64,000 nt of DNA. It comes from a virus. The notes below the pieces were generated by a model. The model was not told the origin of the DNA. It did not search any database and was given only the letters and a program-made list of their open reading frames with translations. Shown here piece after piece: positions 37,419-48,499 of the stretch. The DNA is taken from the UHGV virus genome UHGV-0098755. One strand, written 5' to 3'. Position 1 is the first letter of the stretch. Each line of letters starts with the position of its first letter. The translations under genes were made by a program, and so were the position numbers.

Positions 37419-40115
37419 TCAGCCAAACAGGAAGTCTAACGAAGCTTTTTCTTCATAGTCCATGCCAGCCGATTCACACATACCCGCAAGCGGTTTAACA
37501 AACGATTTTTGGAACAAAGTTGAGTGGTCAATCCAAGATAGTACATCAGAACGAATTTCTTTTGGAAGTTCTGTACCCGACGGCCAAGCAATGCACTTGT
37601 CACCAAATGGATTTCCTTCACGTAATGGAAGAACCATTACCTTATTTCCATCCAAAATTGGAGCTACACCTAGACCACTAACAGCTCGACGATAAGTTAG
37701 CACCCCACGAATGTGGAACGGGCATTTAAATCCTGGCCAACCTTTATCGTCATATTTCGCTATATCGTTCGCGGTTTTTACTTCAGCAATAACTTTATAG
37801 TCAAGTTGACGATATTCTTTCTCGAAGTTCTTGTAGTATTCTTGGACAGACTCTTCACCTTCCTGAAGAATACGACGAATACTTTCTTCGAGAGCTTCTT
37901 GTACTGCTTTTGGTGTTGAACTCTGCTGAGTTTCCATACCCATGATTTTTAGATGTGGTTCAGCAAATCGCTTATCTTCCATATCATAAACGTTCAGAGC
38001 ATAACGTTTTTTCGCTTTCCAAAATCCACCGACACCCTTTGAACCAAGCGGAGGACAAGAAATAGCTTCACGGTCCATATGCATCAGATGCTCGCGGTTA
38101 TTCATATAATCACATAACTCACGATATGCAACATCAATCATAGGTTCCATCTTTTTCTTACCAAACTGATTCATGAATTCAACTAAATCATTTTGTTCTT
38201 TAAAGCGGTCAAGACCTACTTTTTCAATAACTTTATCTACACAGACATATACCGAATCAGTATCACCTGCTGCGATGAAATCTTCACCACCAGTTCCACA
38301 TACTTTATTCAGGTATTCATTAATTTTACGAGCAATCCACTGAATACCGACTTGACCAAAAATTGTGATAGCAGTAGCATTTCGCAAATCATAGTAACGG
38401 AAATGAATATTACCAAGAGCACCATAAAGACTGTTGATAAGAATTTTACGGTTTAGCTGATTTGTGTTAGCAAGTGTAGCTGCTTTTTCACATTCTTCAA
38501 TCAGACTATTGAGAACGGATTCGGTGTAATTCGATAGTTCATTTAAGAAATCATCACTGAACTTAACATATCGTTCAACTTCTGGTTTAGTTGAGCAAGA
38601 CCCTGCACCTTTCATAATAATCTTTTTAATAGCTTCGGCATTCATTTCTTCAGCGAACATTTTCTTTTTCCAATCTTTACGTTGGAAAAATACTTTAGCG
38701 ATTTCCTTTGGAATGATACCTTCTTGATGCTTATCATACATCCATCCATTCGGAGAACAAGAATATTCATCACTCGGTTTAGGAGCTGTTCCTGCAATAT
38801 ATTCATGAATTGGATGAACTTTAAACTGCCCACGAATAGTCTCAGGACTAATGTTAACCTGACGAATAATGCTAGGATACAGAGACGTCAAGTCAAAACT
38901 CATAATATATCGACGAGCAATTGGTTTAGGTTCAAACACAAATGCACCCGGAAAACTCTGTTTAACGTGCGAACCTTGTTGAGGAATAACCTTATGTTCA
39001 CCTTTCAATGAGTTAAAAATAATAGCATCCCAAGTTTTAATAGGACTCATTACACCGGAAAAAGGCATTTTAGCATAATAAGACATACTTAAAACTAGAT
39101 CGATAAACCCGCGAATTTTATCAATTGCTTGAACTGATTCTACGTCAATGATGTTATAACTAATGTATCGTTGATGATTAGTTTCACGAAGTTTATTAAT
39201 AGGACCGTCGTATGGTAATTTACCTTTTTTGGTTTCATGTTGAGCAACTGATTCCAAAGAGAATGACGGCAAATTAGTAAATGCGAATTTCTTATACAAA
39301 TCTAAATAATCAAGAATAGATACGCCATCAATAGAATAAATTTCTTTGCTACCGTACACATTTTGAATTAGTTTAGATTTTACTCGACCGATTGGAGAGA
39401 AGCGTTTCATACTACGTTCACCGAGAACCATTTTAACGCGATTCATGATATACGGAACGTCAAATCCCTCAATATTCCAACCAGTAAAAATAGCAGGTCG
39501 TTTCTGTTCCCAGAGATTGATATATTCCATGAGCATATCACGCTCATTATCGAATGGCATATAAATTACTCGGTCAAGAATTTCTTGAGGAACTTCATCA
39601 CCACCTTCACAGTCAAGCTTAGCAGCTAACTTTGCATCCCATTTTGATACTGAACCATACATTGAATTCAAAAGGTCGAAAACATAAAAACGATCGTCAA
39701 TTGAATCGTAATGAGTGATAGCATCAATTTCATATTCTGCTTTCATTGGGTCAGGAAATTTATCACCAGTAACCTCAATGTCACAGTTAGCTACACGAAC
39801 AAATTTTCGGTCATAAACAATTTCTGAACCGTATGTATCACTGATATAAGCGAGTTTAAAATCGTTCATACCGAGAGCTTCGAGACCGATGTCTTCCATT
39901 CGTTTCATCCAATCTCGAGCATCTTTCATTGATGGAAATTTTTGAGGAGCACAGTTTTTACCATAGATGTCTTTGTATTTTGACTCTTCCTTACAATGCC
40001 TAAACATAGTCGGAAGATATTCTACTTCACGAGTACGTTCCTTTCCGTTTTCATCAATATAACGTTCAACAATGTTATTTCCGACTGTTTCAATAGAGAT
40101 ATAAAATTCTTTCAT
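37419..40115 (-). CDS. 43: DNA polymerase gp43 (898 aa)
   Basis: Family B polymerase, exo motif FDIE, pol motif DTDS; 898 aa. Confidence 0.95.
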   Translation of the reverse strand: MKEFYISIETVGNNIVERYIDENGKERTREVEYLPTMFRHCKEESKYKDIYGKNCAPQKFPSMKDARDWMKRMEDIGLEALGMNDFKLAYISDTYGSEIVYDRKFVRVANCDIEVTGDKFPDPMKAEYEIDAITHYDSIDDRFYVFDLLNSMYGSVSKWDAKLAAKLDCEGGDEVPQEILDRVIYMPFDNERDMLMEYINLWEQKRPAIFTGWNIEGFDVPYIMNRVKMVLGERSMKRFSPIGRVKSKLIQNVYGSKEIYSIDGVSILDYLDLYKKFAFTNLPSFSLESVAQHETKKGKLPYDGPINKLRETNHQRYISYNIIDVESVQAIDKIRGFIDLVLSMSYYAKMPFSGVMSPIKTWDAIIFNSLKGEHKVIPQQGSHVKQSFPGAFVFEPKPIARRYIMSFDLTSLYPSIIRQVNISPETIRGQFKVHPIHEYIAGTAPKPSDEYSCSPNGWMYDKHQEGIIPKEIAKVFFQRKDWKKKMFAEEMNAEAIKKIIMKGAGSCSTKPEVERYVKFSDDFLNELSNYTESVLNSLIEECEKAATLANTNQLNRKILINSLYGALGNIHFRYYDLRNATAITIFGQVGIQWIARKINEYLNKVCGTGGEDFIAAGDTDSVYVCVDKVIEKVGLDRFKEQNDLVEFMNQFGKKKMEPMIDVAYRELCDYMNNREHLMHMDREAISCPPLGSKGVGGFWKAKKRYALNVYDMEDKRFAEPHLKIMGMETQQSSTPKAVQEALEESIRRILQEGEESVQEYYKNFEKEYRQLDYKVIAEVKTANDIAKYDDKGWPGFKCPFHIRGVLTYRRAVSGLGVAPILDGNKVMVLPLREGNPFGDKCIAWPSGTELPKEIRSDVLSWIDHSTLFQKSFVKPLAGMCESAGMDYEEKASLDFLFG

Positions 40116-40133
40116 AGATATTCCTTAGTTTAT

Positions 40134-40151
40134 AGCCCGAGTTATTAGGCT
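40134..40151 (-). promoter_or_regulatory. Gene 43 translational operator hairpin (loop AAUAACUC)
   Basis: - strand RNA AGCCU-AAUAACUC-GGGCU just 5' of SD AAGGAA. Confidence 0.6.
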
Positions 40152-40193
40152 CTTGATATATTATACTCCAAATAAGGGGCCGAAGCCCCTTGC

Positions 40194-40562
40194 TTAATTA
40201 CCAATCGTATATTTAGGAACGAGTTTCCATTCATGTTTTTGTTTAAAAGAAATAACTCGGAAGTTATTAGTTAAATCTTTCATAAAAGTTCTTTGACCGG
40301 GAGCGATTTCGATCAGTCCCCAATCTTCTAACAACCACGCAATCGAATCACGACGAACTTCATCTTCTTCTGTCATTTCAACCTGACGGCCATCCATACG
40401 AAGCATTTCTTTAAAATGAACGATATAGTATAGCCCTTTTTTCTGGAGAATGTGGCAGGATTGATACAGAACTTTATCTTTATTATTAGCAATTCCCATA
40501 CGAGTCAAAGTTTCTTTAACTTTCAGAAAATCTTCAGGTTTTTTAAGAGTAATTTCAATCAT
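40194..40562 (-). CDS. regA: Translational repressor RegA (122 aa)
   Basis: 122 aa, end of the 45-44-62 operon. Confidence 0.85.
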   Translation of the reverse strand: MIEITLKKPEDFLKVKETLTRMGIANNKDKVLYQSCHILQKKGLYYIVHFKEMLRMDGRQVEMTEEDEVRRDSIAWLLEDWGLIEIAPGQRTFMKDLTNNFRVISFKQKHEWKLVPKYTIGN

Positions 40563-40563
40563 T

Positions 40564-41127
40564 TTACCATTCCAATGCTAGTTTTTTGAGTTGTTTCTGT
40601 TCTTTTACATTCTTAGTCACTTCTTTCAAAAAATCATCCGTGACTAAACCTTTTAGTTCTTTTAATACTAAAGGAAGTTTTCCATTTTTAGTAAGAATTG
40701 ATTTATAGTTAATTGCATCATTTGTATTAACTTGATACCGCTTAGCAAGTAACTTAATAATCAATACTTCGGTAGAATCTTCAACCAGTTTTGCCCATTT
40801 ACCATATCTTTTACCCCGAGGAACAGCAGCCATCAGATAATTAAAATGGGCTTCATCGCTTAAACCCGATCCAATTAAATTCATAGCATATACAGCTGGC
40901 ATGCACTCCGGAAATTGCGATAATGCATTCTCAACCATGTATTTTGAATAATCTTTTTGAGCAATAGAGCATTTAGTTTTATTATTAATAGCTCCAATTA
41001 TTTCAAAAAACTCATTTTCAGCTTTTTCTTTAAAAGAATCAGCAGCAGATTGGACAGCTGTCCAATCTTTTGAATACCAAGCAACTTGATGCTCGTTTAA
41101 TTGAATATCATCTTCAAATAAGCTCAT
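40564..41127 (-). CDS. 62: Clamp loader small subunit gp62 (about 187 aa from MSLFEDD)
   Basis: Synteny and length. Confidence 0.8.
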   Translation of the reverse strand: MSLFEDDIQLNEHQVAWYSKDWTAVQSAADSFKEKAENEFFEIIGAINNKTKCSIAQKDYSKYMVENALSQFPECMPAVYAMNLIGSGLSDEAHFNYLMAAVPRGKRYGKWAKLVEDSTEVLIIKLLAKRYQVNTNDAINYKSILTKNGKLPLVLKELKGLVTDDFLKEVTKNVKEQKQLKKLALEW

Positions 41128-41128
41128 A

Positions 41129-42088
41129 TCACTTCCACTGCATTTCACATGCCAATTGAATGAAAAGATATGCTAAATGTAATTCAGTATTAGCCGCAAT
41201 TCCATGGTACTGGTTATTTTCACCAACAATTTCATACATACGAATAATACTTTGCGGAGTTACGCGTGTATAGATTTCTTCAGCAAGTTTACCAACGAAC
41301 CACGAATAATCAGCCGCATATTTTGGTGCTAAAGCTCTGAGTTGTTTAACATCTTTATTTTTGAGAGACTCAAGAACATCATCAATAGCACCACGATCGT
41401 TAGTAACCAGTGATAAAATACCAGCATCCAAAACACCTTTAGATGAATAACTATCGAGCTCGCCAATAGTTTTACGAAAATCAGGAAAATTCTTTTTAAC
41501 CAAAGCTGCTACAACTTTCATATCAGCTATAGCAATTCCTTCACGCTTGCAGATTTCAGTCAATCGACGAATCATCTGCTTCATCATTTCAATTTTATCT
41601 TCATCGGTTGGTTGACCGAATGTAATAACTCGGCAGCGTGACTGAAGCGGTTTAATAATACCATCAATATTGTTAGCAGTAATAATAATACTACAGTTTG
41701 AACTATAAGCTTCCATAAAGGAACGAAGATGTCGCTGAGACTCTGCTAGCCCTGAGCGGTCAAATTCATCAATAACAATTACTTTTTGACGACCATCAAA
41801 TGAAGCTGCACTAGCAAAATTAGTCAAAGGACCACGAACGAAATCAATTTTACAATCTGACCCATTCACAAACATCATATCAGCATTTACATCATGACAC
41901 AATGCTTTTGCTACGGTTGTTTTACCTGTTCCTGGAGAAGGAGAATGAAGAATAATATGTGGAATCTTACCTTTACTTGTAATAGATTTAAAGGTTTCTT
42001 TATCAAAGGCGGGAAGAATACATTCATCGATAGTAGATGGACGATATTTCTGTTCAAGAATGTGTTCTTTTTCATTTACAGTAATCAT
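41129..42088 (-). CDS. 44: Clamp loader ATPase gp44 (about 319 aa)
   Basis: AAA+ Walker A GTGKTT. Confidence 0.85.
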   Translation of the reverse strand: MITVNEKEHILEQKYRPSTIDECILPAFDKETFKSITSKGKIPHIILHSPSPGTGKTTVAKALCHDVNADMMFVNGSDCKIDFVRGPLTNFASAASFDGRQKVIVIDEFDRSGLAESQRHLRSFMEAYSSNCSIIITANNIDGIIKPLQSRCRVITFGQPTDEDKIEMMKQMIRRLTEICKREGIAIADMKVVAALVKKNFPDFRKTIGELDSYSSKGVLDAGILSLVTNDRGAIDDVLESLKNKDVKQLRALAPKYAADYSWFVGKLAEEIYTRVTPQSIIRMYEIVGENNQYHGIAANTELHLAYLFIQLACEMQWK

Positions 42089-42139
42089 AATTTCCTCATT
42101 CAAGTTTTAGTGTAAATTATAAAGGGCCGAAGCCCTCTA

Positions 42140-42826
42140 TTAAAAATCGTGGGTAGAATCAGCTTCAAGAGCTACTACATAATTCGCGTGTTCACCTTCA
42201 AATTTAGCAGCACCTTGTTTACCTTTTGCCCAGAGCAGAAGTTTATAATTTCCTGGTTGCATTTTCATATTTGCCATATTGATAATGAAATTAAATGTAT
42301 TTTCACCATCATAATCACCAAGAGTCAAAGAATATTTAACACGGGTTAAAGCAGAATCTTCTACTTTATTAAAACCGTTAATTACGATTTTACCTTCTTT
42401 TACTGTGATAGCAATTGTATCAATCTGCAGACCGCGAGATACACGCAACAGTTGTTGAAGGTCTTCAGCTTTAATTTCAGTAACAACAGATGCTACCGGG
42501 AATGGAATTGGTTTATTAGGAGCAACGACTGTACTCGGATCAGCTGCCGGCCAAAAAATTGTTGAACGGGCATCAGCAATTTTAATATTACCATCTTCTG
42601 ACTGGGAAATTTCTGCATCATCATTAACTAGAGACAGAATACCGAGAAAACCGTTCAAATCGTAAATCGCTACATCAAAATCAATAGTGTCAGAAATATT
42701 TGCTTCCGCATAAGTTGTACCATTAACCGCGCGAGTCATAATAAATTGACCGGATTTAAGCATAATACCGGAGTTAATAGTAGCGAAATTTTTAAGCAGA
42801 GCAGTAGTATCTTTAGACAGTTTCAT
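42140..42826 (-). CDS. 45: Sliding clamp gp45 (228 aa)
   Basis: 228 aa; synteny. Confidence 0.9.
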   Translation of the reverse strand: MKLSKDTTALLKNFATINSGIMLKSGQFIMTRAVNGTTYAEANISDTIDFDVAIYDLNGFLGILSLVNDDAEISQSEDGNIKIADARSTIFWPAADPSTVVAPNKPIPFPVASVVTEIKAEDLQQLLRVSRGLQIDTIAITVKEGKIVINGFNKVEDSALTRVKYSLTLGDYDGENTFNFIINMANMKMQPGNYKLLLWAKGKQGAAKFEGEHANYVVALEADSTHDF

Positions 42827-42856
42827 GTAATTTCCTTCAATTCAAATGAGATTTAA

Positions 42857-42880
42857 TTTTATAACTAATTTAATAAAGCA
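42857..42880 (-). promoter_or_regulatory. Middle promoter (MotA box TTGCTTTA) for gene 45
   Basis: RC: AATTGCTTTATTAAATTAGTTATAAA. Confidence 0.45.
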
Positions 42881-42881
42881 A

Positions 42882-43271
42882 TTAACGATTAAAATCAGCA
42901 GCAATTGTTTCAGCAACAATTTGAGCAGCAATAATTAGACGTTCATCTGCATTACCGCAATAATCATCTTCAAGGCGTTCACCACATGAAGTCATAATAA
43001 ATTTAGCACCAGCATTTAGAGATTCTGTCGTATGTTTGCGCATTAGTTCAATCCATTTATCACTTACTTCACGATCGATGGCTTCATAATATGCATGACG
43101 AGCAGGTGCAGATTTAATTTTGTTCTGAATAACTTCCATTGCGTTATCAGAAAGAGACAAAACCCATGCTCGACGAATTTTATTTTGGTTTTGTGGATTT
43201 GATTCAGAACGCACGTATTTTGGCTGAATATCTTTTACATCAACAGTATAATTCACAGTAATTTTAGTCAT
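42882..43271 (-). CDS. rpbA: RNA polymerase binding protein RpbA (129 aa)
   Basis: 129 aa between 45 and 46. Confidence 0.6.
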   Translation of the reverse strand: MTKITVNYTVDVKDIQPKYVRSESNPQNQNKIRRAWVLSLSDNAMEVIQNKIKSAPARHAYYEAIDREVSDKWIELMRKHTTESLNAGAKFIMTSCGERLEDDYCGNADERLIIAAQIVAETIAADFNR

Positions 43272-43280
43272 AATACACCT

Positions 43281-43469
43281 TTAGTCATAATAATCAGTAA
43301 CAGTCCAAGCTTCATTTCTATTGGACATTATTTTCGTATATTCTGATTTAAATGCATTCTTAAGCATAGATTCAGTAACTATATGCTCTTCATTAGAAAA
43401 ATTATTTCTCAGAATATATCGTTTTATTTCAGGAATAGTTAATAGATGCTGTCCAGTTGAATATTCCAT
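43281..43469 (-). CDS. Hypothetical protein (62 aa)
   Basis: ORF. Confidence 0.5.
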   Translation of the reverse strand: MEYSTGQHLLTIPEIKRYILRNNFSNEEHIVTESMLKNAFKSEYTKIMSNRNEAWTVTDYYD

Positions 43470-43486
43470 GTTTTTCCTCCATAGAG

Positions 43487-43510
43487 ATTATACTCTAATA
43501 AATTAAAGCA
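43487..43510 (-). promoter_or_regulatory. Middle promoter (MotA box TTATGCTTTA, 11 bp, TATAAT)
   Basis: RC: TATGCTTTAATTTATTAGAGTATAAT. Confidence 0.55.
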
Positions 43511-43524
43511 TAATCTCTTATAAA

Positions 43525-45207
43525 TTAAACCATTACAGTAAATCGACCAACTTTCTTCATTTGAAGATGCTGACCATATTCTTGCGGGTCATGGTCTTTA
43601 TGCGAAATTATAAAAACATTAGTGTTTTTCATTGAATTTATAATATTAGCTACACCTTTAATACCTTCGGCATCAAATGACCCATCAAACACTTCATCGA
43701 GTATTAATGTACTAATACTAACACCAGATACAATAGAAGCAATATCACGCCAAGTAAATAAAAGAGCAATATCGATTCGTGCTTTTTCACCTTCACTAAA
43801 TGAAGCATAACTAAAATCTTCACGACCACGGGATTTAATTGTCTCATTAAATTCTTCATCTAATGTAAACACATAATCCGCTTCCATTATTTTAAGATAA
43901 TGGTTAATCTGCTTATTAAATAATGGAATGTACTTTTTAATAATAGCACCTTTAATACCAGAATCTTTGAGCATATCAGTCAAAATTCCTCGGTGGTATT
44001 TTTCCATTACTAAATTAGTTTTTGTCTTAACAATTTTATCAAGTTCTTCTTGAAGCAGTGCTATTTCATCAGCATGGTCAATAAACTCAGATGATGCTTT
44101 TTCTATAGCCGCTTTAACTTTTTTAGCTTTATCTACTGCTGCGATCAGAGATTGCTTTTTATTGCGAATATCATTTGCCAACGACTGCTGAGTTTTAATA
44201 TTATCTCGGTATTCATCAACAAGAACTTTTAAATTATCACGATGTGTTGAAAGCTGTTCAAACGAATGCGTACATTCAGAAACTTTATCTTTAATTTTAG
44301 AAACAACTTTATCACCGGAACTCAATTGTGACAAACAGGTTGGACATAATCCGCCTTCGTGATACATATTAATGACTTTATTATACGAGTCAATTTTTGA
44401 TTTAATTAAAAATGCTTCTTGACCGATTTTATTAAACGCATCAGTTGGGTCTTCGTCTAAAACAATATTAACTAATCTTTCATTAGCTTCTTCTATTTCC
44501 GATTTTAGCGTTCTAGCTTCTTTTGCCAAATCATCATACATATTTTGTAGACGAGTAAGGTTGTCACCCGTTAATTTTTTCTGGCGTTCAACGTTATCAT
44601 TATATATTTTAATTTGCTGGATAATACTATCTTTTTTAACATCAAGCACTTGGTTTTGTGAATTTAATTCACGTATTAGTGCTTTATTAAGCTTATCCAT
44701 TTCAGCTAATGTTCCTACCTCAAGCAGGTCTTCCACAAGCTTTCTTCGCGCAGGGGTCGACAAACCCATGAAAGGGGTATACCCTGCTGTACCAAGGACA
44801 ACAATCTGCTTGAAACTGGCATATGACATTCCGATAAGCTGTTCAAATTCTGCTTGGAAATCTTTACTGCTGGCAGATTCATTAAGACGTGTACCGTTAA
44901 CGGTGATTTCGAAAACGTTTGGTTTTTGTCCTCTTTTGATATAGTACTTTTTCTCATCATATTCCATCCACAGTTCAACTAAAAGTTCTTTCTTATTTGT
45001 GCTGTTTATTAATTGACCTTTCTTTACATCACGAAATGGCTTGCCAAAAAGCCCAAATGTGATGGCTTCTAACATAGTAGACTTACCACCGCCATTTCGT
45101 CCAGTAATAAGAGTTTTTTGAACCTTATCTAGTTGAATGTCAATAGGATTTCCACCTACTGACATTATATTTTGATACCTAACTCGGTTTAGTTTAAAAT
45201 TCTTCAC
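43525..45207 (-). CDS. 46: Recombination nuclease subunit gp46 (Rad50/SbcC-like, 560 aa)
   Basis: Walker A GRNGGGKST, coiled coil, 560 aa. Confidence 0.9.
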   Translation of the reverse strand: MKNFKLNRVRYQNIMSVGGNPIDIQLDKVQKTLITGRNGGGKSTMLEAITFGLFGKPFRDVKKGQLINSTNKKELLVELWMEYDEKKYYIKRGQKPNVFEITVNGTRLNESASSKDFQAEFEQLIGMSYASFKQIVVLGTAGYTPFMGLSTPARRKLVEDLLEVGTLAEMDKLNKALIRELNSQNQVLDVKKDSIIQQIKIYNDNVERQKKLTGDNLTRLQNMYDDLAKEARTLKSEIEEANERLVNIVLDEDPTDAFNKIGQEAFLIKSKIDSYNKVINMYHEGGLCPTCLSQLSSGDKVVSKIKDKVSECTHSFEQLSTHRDNLKVLVDEYRDNIKTQQSLANDIRNKKQSLIAAVDKAKKVKAAIEKASSEFIDHADEIALLQEELDKIVKTKTNLVMEKYHRGILTDMLKDSGIKGAIIKKYIPLFNKQINHYLKIMEADYVFTLDEEFNETIKSRGREDFSYASFSEGEKARIDIALLFTWRDIASIVSGVSISTLILDEVFDGSFDAEGIKGVANIINSMKNTNVFIISHKDHDPQEYGQHLQMKKVGRFTVMV

Positions 45208-45467
45208 AAAAGATTCCTTTTAATGTATCTTTTAGACCATTCTATCATATCATCATAATCTAAAAAGTATTCATCAAATTCAGCCATGCAAACAACACCT
45301 TGCGCTGCTTTTGATGTGATATAAATTATTCCAACATATCTAGAATCTTCTTCGGTGTAATCAATATTTGCTATGAATTCATCATTAATGTCAAATGTCG
45401 AAAACTTCACAGTATGCATCCTTAATACAAGATACAGCCATATCTTGTAATGATTTAGGTGTGTCAT
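45204..45467 (-). CDS. Hypothetical protein (46.1/46.2 block)
   Basis: ORF; overlaps neighbour. Confidence 0.45.
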   Translation of the reverse strand: MTHLNHYKIWLYLVLRMHTVKFSTFDINDEFIANIDYTEEDSRYVGIIYITSKAAQGVVCMAEFDEYFLDYDDMIEWSKRYIKRNLL

Positions 45468-45654
45468 TATCTAAAATGTTGAAGTTAAAAGATACAGCCC
45501 AGTCAGTGCAGACCGTAACCTTTTTAATACAATTATCTTCAACTTCTAGGGGTTCAAACCAATATTCAATAATTTCTTTATGCCCAATATCATCTTTTAC
45601 TTCGCATTCAAAATGCTGACACATCATAACATTTTTAAATTCATCAAAAGTCAT
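45391..45654 (-). CDS. Hypothetical protein (87 aa)
   Basis: ORF. Confidence 0.45.
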   Translation of the reverse strand: MTFDEFKNVMMCQHFECEVKDDIGHKEIIEYWFEPLEVEDNCIKKVTVCTDWAVSFNFNILDNDTPKSLQDMAVSCIKDAYCEVFDI

Positions 45655-46670
45655 TGTGTTGCCTCTACATATAACTGATTTGCATATTGAATAAGTGCTT
45701 CACGGTCAGAATCAGTGATGTCTGGAATTGCATTAATGTATTCTTCCATCAATGTCTGAAGAGATTGAACTTCAACTTCTTCACTATCATCTGACTCGAC
45801 AGAGTTATCAATCTTTGACACAACTCGTAATGAATGCACAACTTTTTCTAGTTCAGATTCGAACTTCGTTAGATTTTTGTCTACCTCAGTTACTATAACA
45901 CGCACTGATAGATTTGTAAAATCTTTATAGTCAATTTTTCCTTTAAATGGATACTGAATTCGACGATGCCAGGTAGTGTTGTTTGGAATAAATTCCATTC
46001 GTTCTGTTTCTGTATCAAACATCCAGAACCCACGAGGGTCATTCTCGTCACCCGCAGTTAGTGTCCATGGTGTCCCAATATATCTGACGTTAGCAGCCTC
46101 AGAGATAGTATGGAAGTGACCAGACCACACTTCTTTATAAGTCTTAAGGAAATCAGGTTCAAGACCGTGAGATTTCATTCCTTTATAAAAATAAAATCCA
46201 TTCAGTTCCCAGTGACCAACACAAAAAGAAGCAGATGAAGTTTTGATGTGTTCAAGAATTTCACCAGTATTTTCTTCGCACATCCAAGGAATTAAATCAA
46301 TCAAACATCCGTCAAAATCTACTGTAGTAGGCTTATCATATACTTTAACATTAGGGTATTTAGCCAAAAGCTCAGTAGAAGCATTTGGAGTTAAAGTATT
46401 TTTAAAGTGCATATCATGGTTTCCTACAACAGTATGTAGGGTAATACCAGCATCATCAAGCATTTGAACTATTTCACGGGCAAACTCCATAGTTTTATGC
46501 GTGATTGCTTTTCGCACATCAAAAATATCACCGTATTGAATCCATGTAGTAATTCCGTTTTTCTTAGAATATTCTATCGCTTGCTTAATTCCATCCAGCT
46601 GAATAGATTGAACCCACTCATCATCAGCTTTAACGCCTAAATGCCAATCACCTAAATTTAAAATTTTCAT
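45651..46670 (-). CDS. 47: Recombination nuclease subunit gp47 (Mre11/SbcD-like, 339 aa)
   Basis: Calcineurin-like phosphoesterase motifs DWHLG, GNHD. Confidence 0.9.
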   Translation of the reverse strand: MKILNLGDWHLGVKADDEWVQSIQLDGIKQAIEYSKKNGITTWIQYGDIFDVRKAITHKTMEFAREIVQMLDDAGITLHTVVGNHDMHFKNTLTPNASTELLAKYPNVKVYDKPTTVDFDGCLIDLIPWMCEENTGEILEHIKTSSASFCVGHWELNGFYFYKGMKSHGLEPDFLKTYKEVWSGHFHTISEAANVRYIGTPWTLTAGDENDPRGFWMFDTETERMEFIPNNTTWHRRIQYPFKGKIDYKDFTNLSVRVIVTEVDKNLTKFESELEKVVHSLRVVSKIDNSVESDDSEEVEVQSLQTLMEEYINAIPDITDSDREALIQYANQLYVEATQ

Positions 46671-46846
46671 ATATCAAGAACCGTCATTGAAATGCAAAAT
46701 AAAATTATTGAAATAAATCCATCTGGAGTACTAAAGAACCCAATCCAACACGCTCTGGTGAATAGATAAAATGCAAGAAAAAGTATCACATATCCAAGAA
46801 ATATCATTATATCAAACTCCGTATAAAGCTAAAGGGCCGAAGCCCT

Positions 46847-48049
46847 TTATTTTGTAATAATGTCAAACTGCTCTTTAAAGCAGAAGCTTGAATCTTGGTG
46901 CTGATACAAAAATTCATAAGCTTTTTCACGTTCACGGTCATAAAGAGCTCGGTCAGATGACAGTTCTTTAATACGTTCAAATGTTGATTCCATGTCATTT
47001 TCATCAAACCAAACGATACCGCTATCGTGTGAAATTAATGGAGTATTATCAACACGGAATTTTAAATTTTCGCCAGTAGATTTCCAAAATACTGGAATTG
47101 TTCCACATGCACCAAGCTCGAGATGAGTGTATTCTAAAGAACGCTGTAGATATTTTTTATCTAATTTACTCAGCTGATAACCAAATCCGGATTTACTCAT
47201 GCGTTCAAGCATTTCGCTATTTACATAACGGTCAAGAATTTGCGTTGGCAAATTAGGAGCAATTTTAATTTGGTCTACTTGATGAAGACGATAATACTCG
47301 TATGGAATTCCTTTTTCTTTAATAGGAATGAACGCTGGAGAACGTTCCAGACCTTCCATAATAGTACTTAGTCCTGCAGGTTTAAGATGTTTTTCATGAA
47401 AATCAAACATCTGATAAAAGCCTTTCCATGTAGTAGTACGACCAATCCAACGGTTGATATTCATGTTAATTTCAGAAACATCTTTCCAGTAGGTTGATCG
47501 AACCTTCGCAATATCCATAGGAGGCTGAAAGTTATATACGGTCGGTGCTTCTTCAATATCATCAAACAAAGAAACAGTTTCCGGATACCATTCTTTCATT
47601 AAAACTTTATTAAAATCACCATTATCAGAATGGCTAAAAATAACATCAGCTCGACGAACAGTTTCTTCTAATCCCAAATTTCGACGCAAAGAAAGAGAAG
47701 AATGGTCATGCTGATAAACTACAACACGAACCGAAGGTTTAATGTTATCAATAATTTTTTTATAGTTATTAATCGTGTCTTCTTCAACTGAAGTAGCAGG
47801 AACTGAATTGATAACTAGAATATCACAATCATTTACCAGCTTAAGTGTTTTATCGTATTCTTTTGCCAATAAAACTGGAATTGAAAATGACTTATAATCA
47901 TGCGCACAATTACGAGTAAATGATTTATCTTTAGCATAAACCAAAGTTACTTCATGACCATTTTTAATAAACCAATCACGCTGCTCAAGAGAAAATTTAG
48001 TTACACCGCAACCTTCAAGACCTCGAGCCATAAAAATACATACTTTCAT
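46847..48049 (-). CDS. a-gt: Alpha-glucosyltransferase (400 aa)
   Basis: 400 aa at T4 a-gt position. Confidence 0.75.
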   Translation of the reverse strand: MKVCIFMARGLEGCGVTKFSLEQRDWFIKNGHEVTLVYAKDKSFTRNCAHDYKSFSIPVLLAKEYDKTLKLVNDCDILVINSVPATSVEEDTINNYKKIIDNIKPSVRVVVYQHDHSSLSLRRNLGLEETVRRADVIFSHSDNGDFNKVLMKEWYPETVSLFDDIEEAPTVYNFQPPMDIAKVRSTYWKDVSEINMNINRWIGRTTTWKGFYQMFDFHEKHLKPAGLSTIMEGLERSPAFIPIKEKGIPYEYYRLHQVDQIKIAPNLPTQILDRYVNSEMLERMSKSGFGYQLSKLDKKYLQRSLEYTHLELGACGTIPVFWKSTGENLKFRVDNTPLISHDSGIVWFDENDMESTFERIKELSSDRALYDREREKAYEFLYQHQDSSFCFKEQFDIITK

Positions 48050-48292
48050 TTAATGTCCTCATTGTTTTGGTTTATTTTACCAAAAATTTATAAAGCAATA
48101 TAGGAGCCGAGGCTCCTATCCACATAATACACCATACAGAGGCTCATTAGAGCTTCTAAATTTTATGCGCTTATATGTTATAGTTCCTTCTGCTTTAGCT
48201 TTATCATGAGACTCTTTAAAGCGTCTCATCATTTCTACTTTAGAGGAACGAATTTTATTATAATCTATTTCAGAAGTCTGGGTGTTCATCTT

Positions 48293-48499
48293 TCACAGTT
48301 GCCACCATTTTTTGACTTGATAAGAATCAACCCACACTTTCATATTAGGGTCTGCTCTTACAATAGGAGGATTAACTTCTTTAATTGAACTATCATGGTA
48401 TTCTTTTTCAGAAATTTTCACACAAAGATGACCATTCAAAGATTCAGTAAATCCTGCATTAATTTTAAGACGCTTGAATTTTACGTGTGTAAGCATCAA
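48293..48499 (-). CDS. Hypothetical protein (68 aa)
   Basis: ORF. Confidence 0.45.
   Translation of the reverse strand: MMLTHVKFKRLKINAGFTESLNGHLCVKISEKEYHDSSIKEVNPPIVRADPNMKVWVDSYQVKKWWQL

Noticed and set aside
37436-39011. Small ORFs on both strands inside gene 43 (37436-37621, 37462-37695, 37713-37919, 38193-38456, 38642-38833, 38682-39011)
   Set aside because: Inside the 898-aa DNA polymerase gene; shadow ORFs.
44561-44978. ORFs 44561-44944 (+) and 44715-44978 (-) inside gene 46
   Set aside because: Overlap the Rad50-like gene 46 in other frames; no support.
46807-47007. ORF 46807-47007 overlapping the 3' end of alpha-gt
   Set aside because: Overlaps the alpha-gt coding frame and runs through the terminator hairpin; no SD.
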